24,000 nt of DNA from Enterovirga sp. CN4-39. GTDB taxonomy: Bacteria > Pseudomonadota > Alphaproteobacteria > Rhizobiales > Beijerinckiaceae. The number at the start of each line of letters is the position of its first letter. The first letter of the stretch is position 1. Made by a program: the position numbers and the translations under genes. The stretch is from NCBI RefSeq assembly GCF_049446235.1, contig NZ_JBMSEF010000007.1, positions 31,170 through 55,169 of the forward strand, in the 5' to 3' direction. Below the pieces are notes generated by a model. The model saw nothing but the letters and a program-made list of their open reading frames with translations, made no database searches and was not told where the DNA came from. Positions 7,527-17,303 of the stretch are shown here, in pieces.

Positions 7527-8402
7527 AATTGGGTCTCATGCCGATTACGACGCCTTGATCGACTGACCTTGAAGCAGCCCGAACGCATCCTCACCGTCAC
7601 GGCAGACGATTTCGGCCTCTCCCGCGAGGTGAATGACGCCGTCGAGCTCGCGCATCGGGATGGCATCCTGACGGCCGCGAGTCTGATGGTCGCTGAGCCC
7701 TGGTGCGCGGACGCTGTCGAGCGGGCGCGCCGGCTTCCGAAACTCTCCGTCGGCCTGCATCTCACGCTCGTGGAGGGGAGGGCCGTTCTCCCGCCAGGCG
7801 AAGTGCCCGATCTGCTCGGCCCTGACGGGAAGCTGCAGACGGACCTCGCCCGCTACGGAGCCGAGATCTTCTTCCGCCCCCGCGTGCAGCGCCAGGTCGC
7901 CGCCGAGATCAGGGCGCAGTTCGAGGCCTACGCCCGGACCGGCCTGCCGCTCCATCACGTGGACGCGCACAAGCACTTCCACATCCACCCGACGATTGCC
8001 GGCCTCCTCCTGGAGATCGGGCAGGAATTCGGCATGCGGGCACTGCGCGTGCCGGTGGAGCCGGCCGCCGTACTGGGAAAGGTCGAGAAGGTGTCCCAGG
8101 GCCTCGAGGCGCGGCTTGCGGGCCCCTACGCGAAGCTTCTCCGGGCGCGAGCACGGCGGATGGGATTGGTGGTGGCCGACCACGTCTTCGGGCTCGCCTG
8201 GTCGGGAGCCATGTCCAGCGAGCGGGTTTTGGGGATCCTGGGGAACCTCCCGGTCGGGCGAACGGAAATCTACACTCATCCGGCCACCGCGGATGCGTTT
8301 GACGGCGCCGCGCAGGGTTACCGCTACCGGGATGAGCTTGCGGCGCTTCTGGCTCCCGAAGCACGTGCCGCCCTCCAGGCGAGCGGCGCTCAGATCGCGT
8401 AG
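7518..8402 (+). CDS. hpnK: YdjC-family deacetylase HpnK (BHT-GlcNAc to BHT-glucosamine)
   Basis: YdjC hallmarks: LTVTADDFGLSREVN, HLTLVEG and HHVDAHKHFHIHP. The start is either TTG 7518 (listed) or the in-frame TTG 7569, which gives MKQPERILTVTADDFG. The 7569 start lies beyond the hairpin and looks more typical. Confidence 0.85.
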   Translation: MVWNWVSCRLRRLDRLTLKQPERILTVTADDFGLSREVNDAVELAHRDGILTAASLMVAEPWCADAVERARRLPKLSVGLHLTLVEGRAVLPPGEVPDLLGPDGKLQTDLARYGAEIFFRPRVQRQVAAEIRAQFEAYARTGLPLHHVDAHKHFHIHPTIAGLLLEIGQEFGMRALRVPVEPAAVLGKVEKVSQGLEARLAGPYAKLLRARARRMGLVVADHVFGLAWSGAMSSERVLGILGNLPVGRTEIYTHPATADAFDGAAQGYRYRDELAALLAPEARAALQASGAQIA

Positions 8403-10999
8403 TCGTTCGACGGCGGTGCGGGGCGCGTCTTCGGCGGGCCGAGGAAGGCCGGCACGACGAAGAAGGCGGCCAGGAGCGTGAACACCAGCGAGATCGCCAG
8501 GAGTTCGCCCATCGAGGCCGTCCCCGGATGGCTGGATGCCCAGAGCGATCCGAACGCCACCCCAGTGGTCAGGGCCGAGAAGAAGATGGCCCGCGTCAGG
8601 CTCGAGGCGAGGACGTCGGCGACGCCCTGGCGCCAGGCGATCAGGTAATAGATGTGGAAAGCGACCCCGACCCCGAACATGAGGGGGAGGGCAATGATGT
8701 TGGCGAAGTTCAGCTGGAGGCCGGCGAGTTGGGCCGCCTGCAGGGTCAGGATGCCCGCCAGGATGAGCGGTCCGATCGCAAGGACCACATCCCAGAGGCG
8801 CCGCATCGCGACCCAGAGGATGATGGTGATCGCAACGAGGGAGTAGATCCCCGCCTCCAAAAAGGCTCTGACGATCGTGTCGCCCGACTCCTTGATGGTG
8901 ACCGGGGCTCCCGAGGCATGCGCGGCGACCGATCGGACGGCCGCAACGAAGCGCTCCGCCGCTTCGGGATCGGAGAGGTCCTGCTTCGGCTGCACCTCGA
9001 GCCGCGTTTGTCCGTCCGGAGCGACCCAGTCGCGCAGGATCTCCTTCGGCAGGTTCTCCCGCGTGATCGGCTCGGCCGTGAAGGCGGTCCTCAAGGTCGT
9101 CACGAGTCGATCGAAATCGATCAGCACGGCGTCGACGGCGGCCTGCTGGCGAGCCGGGCTGGCACGACTCAGCTCGTCCAGGGCCTCGGCAAGGCGCGCC
9201 GCGGCCGGGCCGCCTGGCGCGGCGGCACCCTTGGCGACCTCGCGCAATCCTTCCGCCGTTTTCTCCAGAGCGGCCTTGCCCTCCTCGTCGGACGGGGGCG
9301 GGACCCTGTGCGGGTCCAGGACCGCCGCGAGGCCCGGCTCCGCCTCCTTCAGCATGGCCAGCTTTCTCTCCTGGCCGGCGGGCAGGAACGTCTCGAGCGA
9401 GGCCACCCGCTGGACCTCGGGGAGGGCGGCGATCTTCGCCGCGTCGGCGCGGGCGGCCTCGAGCGAAGGGTACAGGATGTCGATGGTGGTCGGGCTCGTC
9501 TCCGCCCTGCTCGCGAGGTCGCGGAACGTCGCCACCGATTCCACGCGCGCGTCGCGCAGGTTCATCGGGTCGGAATCGAAGCGAAGCTTCAGCAGGGCCG
9601 GCGTTCCGGCCAGCACGATCGCGCCCGTGATCCCGATCACCAGCAGCCGGTGCCGGGCGATCCAATGGTCGACGTGGGCCAACCAGGCCGTTTCGACCGG
9701 AGCGCGCTCGGGGCCGGGCCGAAACACCTCGATCAGCGCAGGGAGCAGCGTGAAGCTCGCCAGGCAGGCGACAGCCATGCCCATCCCGGCGATCAGCCCC
9801 AGCTCCGAGACCCCGCTGAAATCGGTCGGCAGGAAGGACAGGAAGCCGGCCATCAGAGACAGCGCGGCGAGCGTGAGCGGAAACCCGACTTCACGTCCGG
9901 CAGCGCGTAGCCCGAACCCCAGTCCGCCGTGGTTATGGCGCTCGGCCCGGTAGCGGACGGCGAACTGGATGCCGAAATCGACGCCCAGTCCGATGAAGAG
10001 GACGAAGAAGGCCACCGAGATGAGGTTGAGCCGCCCGACGGCCAGCAGCCCGAGCGCCGACGTTACGACCAGCCCCGCGAACAGGGTGATCAGGACGGCG
10101 AGAATCAGCTTCGGCGAGCGAAGCGCGAGCCACAGGATGATTCCCACCGCGAGCAGGGTGAGCCCGATATTCAGTGCCATGTGCTCGGCGACCGTTGCGA
10201 ACTCCTCGTCCGCGAGCGGTACCGGGCCGGTGAGGCGAATCATGACGCCGTTCTCGGGGGTGAGCCCGAGCTCGGCGGCCTTGCGGCGCAGGATCTCCGT
10301 TGCGGCGGCTCCCGGCTGCAATGCGCCGTAATCCATCACGGGGCGAACGAGGACGACCTTCCGCAGATCGGCGGGTTCCGGCGGGCGGCCGCTGACCAGC
10401 GACTGCCAGGAGAGGCGGGCGGGCTTCCCGGCGAGGGCCGCCTCGATCGCCTCCGCGAAGGCAACATAGCGGGGCGCGAGCTCGTCCGGCGTGATGTCGC
10501 CGGTCCGTATGCCCACGAGGGTCGCGCCAAGCGTCTGGGCGAGGCCCTGCAGGCTCGGATCGCCCGCAAGAATCGACAGCAGGCCCGCTTGCTCCGAAAC
10601 CGAATCGAGCGTGGCTTTCAGCTCATCCTCGGACAGGAAGAGGAGCCCGTTCTTGGCGAAGAACGGGCCGCCGTCGGGACGCTCAACGCTGCGAAATGTG
10701 GCAGGGTCGCTGCGCAAGCCGGCGGTCAGCCGCTCGGCCGCTTCTTCCGCGATCTCGGGCGTCTTCCCGTCGATGACGACCGCCACGAGCTCCGTTCGCT
10801 GCGGGAACGCGCGATCGAAGGCGATCTCGGCTTGGCGCCACGGGAGCGACGGAGACAGAAGGCTCGCCGTATCCGTGTTGATCGCGAACCGTGTCACCGC
10901 GACGAACAGGCAGACGGCCGTGAGGAGGGCCGAGACCGCGAGAACGGTCCAGGGACGTCTCACGGAAACGTCAACGATCGCTTCAACGGGTCGCATCAT
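8390..10999 (-). CDS. hpnN: Hopanoid transporter HpnN (RND/MMPL superfamily)
   Basis: 869 aa with RND topology: TM1, a large periplasmic loop, a TM bundle, a second large loop and a second TM bundle. The N-terminus [20 protein letters not shown] and the hpn context fit HpnN. Confidence 0.9.
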   Translation of the reverse strand: MMRPVEAIVDVSVRRPWTVLAVSALLTAVCLFVAVTRFAINTDTASLLSPSLPWRQAEIAFDRAFPQRTELVAVVIDGKTPEIAEEAAERLTAGLRSDPATFRSVERPDGGPFFAKNGLLFLSEDELKATLDSVSEQAGLLSILAGDPSLQGLAQTLGATLVGIRTGDITPDELAPRYVAFAEAIEAALAGKPARLSWQSLVSGRPPEPADLRKVVLVRPVMDYGALQPGAAATEILRRKAAELGLTPENGVMIRLTGPVPLADEEFATVAEHMALNIGLTLLAVGIILWLALRSPKLILAVLITLFAGLVVTSALGLLAVGRLNLISVAFFVLFIGLGVDFGIQFAVRYRAERHNHGGLGFGLRAAGREVGFPLTLAALSLMAGFLSFLPTDFSGVSELGLIAGMGMAVACLASFTLLPALIEVFRPGPERAPVETAWLAHVDHWIARHRLLVIGITGAIVLAGTPALLKLRFDSDPMNLRDARVESVATFRDLASRAETSPTTIDILYPSLEAARADAAKIAALPEVQRVASLETFLPAGQERKLAMLKEAEPGLAAVLDPHRVPPPSDEEGKAALEKTAEGLREVAKGAAAPGGPAAARLAEALDELSRASPARQQAAVDAVLIDFDRLVTTLRTAFTAEPITRENLPKEILRDWVAPDGQTRLEVQPKQDLSDPEAAERFVAAVRSVAAHASGAPVTIKESGDTIVRAFLEAGIYSLVAITIILWVAMRRLWDVVLAIGPLILAGILTLQAAQLAGLQLNFANIIALPLMFGVGVAFHIYYLIAWRQGVADVLASSLTRAIFFSALTTGVAFGSLWASSHPGTASMGELLAISLVFTLLAAFFVVPAFLGPPKTRPAPPSNDYAI

Positions 11000-11160
11000 C
11001 AGGGGTGTATCACGCCATCATTTCTGCGTGCGCGGGGGGGAGGCTGCTCCTCCTAGCGGCGGCGACCGGGCCAATCAACGATGGGGCCTGCCCCGCGGAG
11101 CTCGCCTGGATGAGGATGGCACGGTGAATGCTGCGGATACGGCCTCGTTAGGCCTGCTTC

Positions 11161-11189
11161 TCGACGAGAGGCATCGAAGGGTTCATAAT
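11161..11189 (+). promoter_or_regulatory. Candidate sigma70-type promoter for ispH-hpnH
   Basis: TCGACG-N17-CATAAT, with the -10 element in a locally AT-rich patch. It lies about 80 nt upstream of the ispH ATG. This rests on a pattern match only. Confidence 0.3.
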
Positions 11190-11270
11190 GCTGTCCGTGA
11201 TCGGTCGAATGGTGTATGCGCTGGCGATCCGGGGCCCTCTGGGCGCGATACTCAGCAAACGGGTAAGGGC

Positions 11271-12227
11271 ATGAAGGTCGTTCTCGCGCAGCCGCGCGGA
11301 TTCTGCGCAGGCGTCGTTCGCGCGATCGACATCGTTGAGCGTGCGCTCACCAAGTATGGTGCGCCGATCTACGTCCGGCACGAGATCGTCCACAACCGGC
11401 ACGTCGTCGAGACCCTGAAGGCCAAGGGAGCGGTCTTCGTGAAGGAACTGTCGGAGGTCCCGACTGGCGCCGTGACGGTGTTCTCGGCCCATGGCGTTGC
11501 CCGCTCGGTGCAGGCAGAGGCCCAGGAGCGTCAGCTTCCCGTTCTGGACGCGACATGCCCGCTGGTCACCAAGGTTCATAACCAGGGCCGCCGCTACGTG
11601 ACCCAGGGGCGTACCCTCGTTCTCGTCGGCCATGCCGGGCATCCGGAGGTCGTCGGAACGCTCGGCCAGATCGACGGGCCGGTGCACCTCGTTCAGACGG
11701 CGGCGGAGGTCGAGACCCTGCCGCTGGCCCTCGATACGCCCATTGCCTACATCACCCAGACCACGCTCTCGGTCGATGATACCCGCCACATCATCGAGGC
11801 GCTGAAGGCGCGCTTCTCCGACGTGATCGGGCCGGATACCCGGGACATCTGCTACGCCACGCAGAACCGCCAGGCCGCGGTCCGCGACCTCATCAAGCTC
11901 GTCGACGTTCTGCTCGTCGTGGGCGCCCGCAATTCGTCCAACTCGAATCGCTTGCGCGACGTTGGCGAGGAGGCCGGAGTGCCGTCGTACCTCGTCAATG
12001 ACGGCAGCGAGGTCGATCCGAAATGGCTCGAAGGTGTCGAGCGAGTCGGTCTCACGGCCGGCGCCTCGGCACCGGAAGTGCTGGTCGACAGCGTGATCGA
12101 GGCGCTCCGCCGCCTGGGTCCGCTCGAAGTCTCGGTCCTTGACGGGACCGAGGAGAACATCACCTTCAACCTCCCCCAGGTGCTTCGCATTCCGGATGCC
12201 GGCCAGCCGGCTACGGCGAACGCCTAA
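11271..12227 (+). CDS. ispH: 4-hydroxy-3-methylbut-2-enyl diphosphate reductase (IspH/LytB)
   Basis: The true start is the ATG at 11271, inside track ORF 10491..12227. The product begins [19 protein letters not shown] and has the three cluster cysteines ([21 protein letters not shown]) and SSNSNRL. Confidence 0.95.
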   Translation: MKVVLAQPRGFCAGVVRAIDIVERALTKYGAPIYVRHEIVHNRHVVETLKAKGAVFVKELSEVPTGAVTVFSAHGVARSVQAEAQERQLPVLDATCPLVTKVHNQGRRYVTQGRTLVLVGHAGHPEVVGTLGQIDGPVHLVQTAAEVETLPLALDTPIAYITQTTLSVDDTRHIIEALKARFSDVIGPDTRDICYATQNRQAAVRDLIKLVDVLLVVGARNSSNSNRLRDVGEEAGVPSYLVNDGSEVDPKWLEGVERVGLTAGASAPEVLVDSVIEALRRLGPLEVSVLDGTEENITFNLPQVLRIPDAGQPATANA

Positions 12228-12245
12228 GAGAAGCGAGAAAGCTCC

Positions 12246-13400
12246 GTGGGTATTCCTCTCCGCCAAGTCGTCGACGTCGGGTCCTACATCGTCAAGCAGC
12301 ACCTGAAGGGCAACAAGCGGTATCCGCTGGTCCTGATGCTGGAGCCGTTGTTCCGCTGCAACCTCGCCTGCGCGGGCTGCGGGAAGATCGATTACCCGGA
12401 CGAGATCCTCAACAAGCGCATCTCGGTCGAAGACGCGCTCGGCGCGGTGGATGAGTGCGGCGCTCCCGTCATTGTCATGGCGGGCGGCGAGCCGCTGATC
12501 CACAAGGATCTGCCGAAGATCGTCCAGGGCATCATCGCCCGGAAGAAGTACGCGATCGTCTGCACGAACGCTTTGCTGCTCGAGAAGAAGATCGACGAAT
12601 ACAAGCCGTCGCCCTACTTCACCTGGTCGATCCACCTCGATGGCGACGAGCAGATGCACGACAAGTCGGTCTGCAAGGCCGGCGTGTACGAGAAGGCCGT
12701 CGCGGCCCTGAAGCTCGCCAAGCAGAAGGGCTTCCGGGTCACGATCAACTGCACCTTCTTCAACGATGCGGAGCCGGAGCGCATCGCGAAGTTCTTCGAC
12801 ACGGTGACGGAGCTCGGCGTCGACGGCATCACGGTGTCGCCCGGCTATGCCTATGAGCGCGCGCCGGACCAGAAGCACTTCCTGAACCGCGCCAAGACCA
12901 AGGAGATCTTCCGCGGCGTGTTCAGCCGCGGCCGGGGCGGCAAGAAGTGGGCCTTCAACCAGTCCCTGATGTTCCTCGATTTCCTTGCCGGAAACCAGAC
13001 CTACAAGTGCACGCCTTGGGGCAACCCGACCCGCACCGTGTTCGGCTGGCAGAAGCCCTGCTACCTCCTCGGCGAAGGCTACGCGAAGACCTTCAAGGAG
13101 TTGATGGAAGACACGAACTGGGACAATTACGGCGTCGGCAACTACGAGAAGTGCGCCGATTGCATGGTCCATTCTGGCTTCGAGGCGACCGCCGTGAACG
13201 ACATCTTCCGCCGCCCCTGGGTCGGCGCGAAAGTCGCCTTGTTCGGCATCAAGACCGACGGCCCGATGGCGCCGGAGATCCCGCTCGATAAGCAGCGCCC
13301 GGCGGAATACGTCTTCTCGCGCAACGTGCAGAAGAAGCTGTCAGAGATCCAGGCCGAGAAGGCCGCCGCCCAGGCTCAGAAGGCCGCGAACGCGGCCTAA
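12246..13400 (+). CDS. hpnH: Radical-SAM adenosylhopane synthase HpnH
   Basis: 384 aa with a GTG start 18 nt after the ispH stop. It has the radical-SAM motif CNLACAGCG and the conserved C-terminal Cys block YEKCADCMVHSGFE. Confidence 0.95.
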   Translation: MGIPLRQVVDVGSYIVKQHLKGNKRYPLVLMLEPLFRCNLACAGCGKIDYPDEILNKRISVEDALGAVDECGAPVIVMAGGEPLIHKDLPKIVQGIIARKKYAIVCTNALLLEKKIDEYKPSPYFTWSIHLDGDEQMHDKSVCKAGVYEKAVAALKLAKQKGFRVTINCTFFNDAEPERIAKFFDTVTELGVDGITVSPGYAYERAPDQKHFLNRAKTKEIFRGVFSRGRGGKKWAFNQSLMFLDFLAGNQTYKCTPWGNPTRTVFGWQKPCYLLGEGYAKTFKELMEDTNWDNYGVGNYEKCADCMVHSGFEATAVNDIFRRPWVGAKVALFGIKTDGPMAPEIPLDKQRPAEYVFSRNVQKKLSEIQAEKAAAQAQKAANAA

Positions 13401-14054
13401 GACACGGAACGCGACGGCGGCATCCCGCGCCGTTGCAACCAGGGCGGGGATCTGGCGCGGCGACCGCGCCACCGACATCATCACGCCGAGTACATCGACG
13501 GATCCGTCGGGCCTCATGGCTGTACCGGCGGCGGGCGGCAGCACGTGGTCCGCCCTGTCGGAAATGACCCGGATCGCCCCGAAGGGCAGACCGTGCCGCG
13601 CGGCGAACTCGGCCGCGATGTGAGATTCCATATCCACCGCGTCCGCTCCCGAGGCTGCGAACAGGGCCTGTTTCGCACCCGGGGTGAGAAGCGGCTCGTC
13701 CACCCCCACGAGGGGGCACGCGACCAGGGGAATATCGGCCACGCCGAGGCCCTCGGCCCAGCGGGCACGAAACGCCGGGTCGGCGGTCCAGCGCCCGGCA
13801 GAGCTCCTGATCTCGGTCGCGAGCAGGACATCGCCGACGCGAAGACCCGGCTCGAGCGCACCGGCGATACCGAAGCTCACGACGGCCTTGAGGCCGCGAG
13901 GCTCGGTAGCCTCCAGCCTGGCCCGGAGCACCGGACTATTTCCCCCGCCCGCGATGGCGAGGATGCCGGGCCCTGCTGCGATGCGGGCTTCCTTCGTCAG
14001 TCCCGTGACGGCCAGGATGCGCGGCTCGCCGGCTTTCGCCGGAACGGGTGTCAC
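13341..14054 (-). CDS. hpnG: Hopanoid-associated nucleosidase/phosphorylase HpnG (PNP_UDP family)
   Basis: Likely start is GTG 14054, which overlaps the shc stop as GTGA. The listed ATG 14201 would overlap shc by 150 nt. Supporting motifs are ILAVTGLTKEARIA, SFGIAGAL, DAVDMESH and IRVISD. Confidence 0.85.
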   Translation of the reverse strand: MTPVPAKAGEPRILAVTGLTKEARIAAGPGILAIAGGGNSPVLRARLEATEPRGLKAVVSFGIAGALEPGLRVGDVLLATEIRSSAGRWTADPAFRARWAEGLGVADIPLVACPLVGVDEPLLTPGAKQALFAASGADAVDMESHIAAEFAARHGLPFGAIRVISDRADHVLPPAAGTAMRPDGSVDVLGVMMSVARSPRQIPALVATARDAAVAFRVLGRVRGLLSLGGGLLGLDL

Positions 14055-16024
14055 AGCCCCCAGGAGACCTGACGCGAGTTCGAGCGCTGCAGGTTGCGGT
14101 AGCGCGCCATCGCCCAGAGTGGGAAGTACTTCGCGTAACCGTGATAGCGGAGGTAGAAGACGCGCGGGAAGCCGCCGCCCGTGTAATCCTCCTCCGGCCA
14201 CAGGCCATCGGGCCGCTGCGTAGCCGCCAAATAGGCGATACCGCGGGCCACCGCCGGGTTATCCGCCTCGCCCGCCGCCATCAGGCCGAGCAGCGCCCAG
14301 GCCGTCTGCGAGGCGCGAGAATCCGCAGGCTCGTAGCCCTTGTAGTCGAGCTTGTAGCTGTCGCAGTCCTCGCCCCAGCCGCCATCCGGGTTCTGGATCG
14401 AGACGAGCCAGTTCACGGCCTTCCGCACAGGCTCCGATTGCGGGTCCATGCCGGCCGCGTTCAGCGCGCAGAGCGCCGACCAGGTGCCGTAGATGTAATT
14501 GACGCCCCAACGCCCGAACCAGCTGCCGTCGGCCTCCTGGTCTTTCAGCACGTAGGCCAGCGCCTGCTGCATGCGCGGGCTGTCCTTCGGCTCCCCGAGC
14601 TGCGCCAGCATTCCGACGCAGCGCGCGGACACGTCCACGGTCGGCGGGTCGAGCAGCGCGCCGTGATCCGCGAAGGGGATGTTGTTGAGGTAGTGGTAGG
14701 TGTTGTCGATATCGAAGGCGCCCCAGCCGCCGTTCTGGCTCTGCATGCCGGCGATCCATTCGCAGGCGCGCTCGATGGCCTCGTCGTTCGCCGCAGCTTC
14801 CGGGTACTTTGCGCGCAGGCGGTCCATGGCCATGGCGACGACAGCGGTGTCGTCGGTGTCGGGATAGTGGTCGTTGCCGTACTGGAACGCCCATCCGCCC
14901 GGCCGCAGGCCCGGTCGGTTCTCCGCCCAGTCCCCGGCGACGTCGAGGATCTGCCGCGGACGGAGCCACGTCGCCCCATCGAGTGCAGCGCGTTCAGCCT
15001 TTGGATCGCCAGTCTCGAGAAGGGCATGGCTTGCGAGCGCCGTATCCCAGACCGGCGAGACGCACGGCTGGCAATAGGCCTCGTCCGCCTTCACGACGAG
15101 GAGATTTTCGATTGATCGCCTTGCGATGGCCCGGTCGGGATGCGTGTCCGGATACCCGACGGCGTCGAACATCATCACGGAGTTCGCCATCGCCGGATAG
15201 ATCGCGCCCAGGCCATCCTCGCCGTTGAGGCGCTCGGTGGTGAAGGCGACGGCACGCGCGATCGCGCTACCCCGCACCCGCGATGGCCAGAACGGGTCGA
15301 CCTTCTTCAACACGACGTCGAGGCCGTTGAAGAAGGTTGCCCAGGCTGGGTGCGCGTGGCTCGGCTTCTTGGGAGGCGGGGGCGAGCCCGGGGGCGCGAA
15401 CAGCTCCTGTACGCGCACGCCACGGGGATTGCGGGCGAGCGGTTTCAGGACCTGCAGGACCAGGAGCGGCACAATGACCGTCCGGGCCCAGTACGACATC
15501 TTCGACAGATGGATCGGGAACCACTTGGGGGCGAGCATCAGCTCGACCGGCATCGTGGGCACCTGATCCCAGCCGATCTCGCCGTAGAGGGCGAGCTGGA
15601 ACCGCGTGAAGACATTTGCTGCCGCCGCGCCGCCCCGGGCGAGGATCCCCTCGCGGGCGCGCACCATGTGCGGCGCATCGATGTCGTCGCCGATCATCTT
15701 CAGCGCGTAGTAGGCCTTCACGGTCGCGCTGATGTCGAAGTCGCCGCCGTGGAAGAGCGGCCAGCCGCCGTGGTCGCCCTGGATGCGACGGAGATAGTTT
15801 CCGATCTTCCGCTCGAGTTCGAGATCGTCGGCCTCGCCGAGGAAATGGCGGAGGAGGACGTACTCGGACGGGATCGTGGCGTCGGCCTCGAGCTCGAAGC
15901 ACCAATGCCCGTCGCTCCGGCGCGCGGCGAGAAGCGCGTCGGTTGCGGTCTCGATGCGCTCATCGAGATCCGCGGGTACTGAATTCGAGAAAGCTCCGTC
16001 TCGGAGCGGGGAAATGAAGTTCAC
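14051..16024 (-). CDS. shc: Squalene-hopene cyclase
   Basis: 657 aa with the catalytic DxDDTA motif (YPDTDDTAVVAMA) and multiple QW repeats (QGDHGGWPLF, QSQNGGWGAF, QEADGSWFGRWG, QNPDGGWGE, QRPDGLWPEE). Confidence 0.97.
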   Translation of the reverse strand: MNFISPLRDGAFSNSVPADLDERIETATDALLAARRSDGHWCFELEADATIPSEYVLLRHFLGEADDLELERKIGNYLRRIQGDHGGWPLFHGGDFDISATVKAYYALKMIGDDIDAPHMVRAREGILARGGAAAANVFTRFQLALYGEIGWDQVPTMPVELMLAPKWFPIHLSKMSYWARTVIVPLLVLQVLKPLARNPRGVRVQELFAPPGSPPPPKKPSHAHPAWATFFNGLDVVLKKVDPFWPSRVRGSAIARAVAFTTERLNGEDGLGAIYPAMANSVMMFDAVGYPDTHPDRAIARRSIENLLVVKADEAYCQPCVSPVWDTALASHALLETGDPKAERAALDGATWLRPRQILDVAGDWAENRPGLRPGGWAFQYGNDHYPDTDDTAVVAMAMDRLRAKYPEAAANDEAIERACEWIAGMQSQNGGWGAFDIDNTYHYLNNIPFADHGALLDPPTVDVSARCVGMLAQLGEPKDSPRMQQALAYVLKDQEADGSWFGRWGVNYIYGTWSALCALNAAGMDPQSEPVRKAVNWLVSIQNPDGGWGEDCDSYKLDYKGYEPADSRASQTAWALLGLMAAGEADNPAVARGIAYLAATQRPDGLWPEEDYTGGGFPRVFYLRYHGYAKYFPLWAMARYRNLQRSNSRQVSWGL

Positions 16025-16026
16025 GC

Positions 16027-17301
16027 CTACGCCTTTGACACGAAACGCGAAATGCCGGTATCGCCGCGCCGCAACACACGGGCGGCAGTTTCGCCGGAGC
16101 GTATCGCCCCTTCGATCGTCGCGGGCAACCCCGTCTGGGTCCAGTCACCGGCGAGGGCGAGGTTCGCGTAACCGGTGGTAGCGGCCGGCCGTCGCGCATC
16201 CTGCTGTGGCGTGGCTGCGAACGTCGCGCGCTTCTCCTTCACGATCTGCCAGGGCGGAAGCTCGGCAGGCAGACCCGCAACCTTGGCGACCTCACCCCAG
16301 ATCGTCCGGGCAAGCTCCTCGCGCTCGGTGTCGAACAGGCGGTCGGCCGCGCTGACCGTGACGGACATGCGGTCCGGATAGGCGAACACCCATTCCGAGA
16401 TGCCGCCGATCGTGCCGACGAAAAGCGGCTGCCCTGGCGGCGGCGGCGCGCGAAAATGCACGTTCAGGATGCCGCGATGGTCATCGGGCATGGGAACCTG
16501 CGGCAGGAGGTCGCCTGCAACCCAGGGCGGCACGGCCATCACCACCGCGTCCTCAGCCCCCAGCGTTAGCTCACCCCCGGCGAAACCCAGCTGCCGAACA
16601 ATGCCGTCAGCTGCCGTGATTGCTCGCAGCCTCTCGCCGAACCGAATCTCGCCACCCTGTCGCTTCAGGTAGGCGATCGCTGGATCCACGAAGGCCGCCG
16701 CCAGGCCGCCCGTGGCGACGACGGGGCGGGATGCGTCTCCACCCGCGCCGAGGCTTTCGCGGACGATCGCTCCTGCGAGGCGAGCCGAGGCCTCCGGGAC
16801 CTCCGTGTTGAGGGCGGAAAGCAGGACCGGCTTCCAGAGCCGGTCGTAGAGCGCGCCCGAGCACCGCATCACGTCCGCAATGCGCGTCTCCGCGGCAGCG
16901 CCGAGCAGCCGGGCGGGTGCGAGATAGTCGGATGCCCGCGTGCCGGGTACGCGGCGGGATCCAACGAGGATCCACCAGGGCAGCCGCCCGCGGTTGGGAC
17001 GGAGACGCCAGCGCTCGCCACTGCGGAGATCTGCGAAGTCGAAGGCCGCTTCCTCGGCAACCGTCAGCGCCGCCGAGCCGCCGGTCAGCTCGACATAGGA
17101 GAGCGCCGAGCGGTTGCCGGAGAGGAGGAGATGGTTGCCGTTGTCGATCTCGAGGCCGAGCCCCGGGTCGAAATAGGAGCGGCAGCGTCCGCCGGCCTGC
17201 TTGGCGGCCTCGTAGAGGATGACGCGTTGCCCGGCCTCTGCCAGGCGCACGGCTGCGCTGAGGCCGGCGAGACCTGCGCCGACCACGTGGACGACACGCA
17301 T
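16027..17301 (-). CDS. hpnE: Hydroxysqualene dehydroxylase HpnE (FAD-dependent amine-oxidase family)
   Basis: The true start is the ATG at 17301, giving MRVVHVVGAGLAGLSAAVRLAEAG, a GxGxxG FAD-binding fold. The upstream part of track ORF 16027..18162 reads through hpnD out of frame. The stop lies 2 nt before the shc GTG. Confidence 0.9.
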   Translation of the reverse strand: MRVVHVVGAGLAGLSAAVRLAEAGQRVILYEAAKQAGGRCRSYFDPGLGLEIDNGNHLLLSGNRSALSYVELTGGSAALTVAEEAAFDFADLRSGERWRLRPNRGRLPWWILVGSRRVPGTRASDYLAPARLLGAAAETRIADVMRCSGALYDRLWKPVLLSALNTEVPEASARLAGAIVRESLGAGGDASRPVVATGGLAAAFVDPAIAYLKRQGGEIRFGERLRAITAADGIVRQLGFAGGELTLGAEDAVVMAVPPWVAGDLLPQVPMPDDHRGILNVHFRAPPPPGQPLFVGTIGGISEWVFAYPDRMSVTVSAADRLFDTEREELARTIWGEVAKVAGLPAELPPWQIVKEKRATFAATPQQDARRPAATTGYANLALAGDWTQTGLPATIEGAIRSGETAARVLRRGDTGISRFVSKA

Positions 17302-17303
17302 GA

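Noticed and set aside
7545-9665. 706-aa minus-strand ORF, together with the 460-aa (8528..9910) and 358-aa (8877..9953) + strand ORFs
   Set aside because: These are alternative frames or strands over hpnK and hpnN. They are extremely Arg/Gly/Pro-rich. The real hpnN frame gives a convincing RND-type topology.
11148-13172. 674-aa minus-strand ORF
   Set aside because: It is antisense to ispH and hpnH, both of which have diagnostic Fe-S cysteine motifs.
14055-14201. Listed ATG start of the hpnG ORF at 14201
   Set aside because: It would overlap the shc C-terminus by 150 nt. GTG 14054 gives the typical short N-terminus before ILAVTGL and the GTGA stop-start coupling seen elsewhere in this operon.
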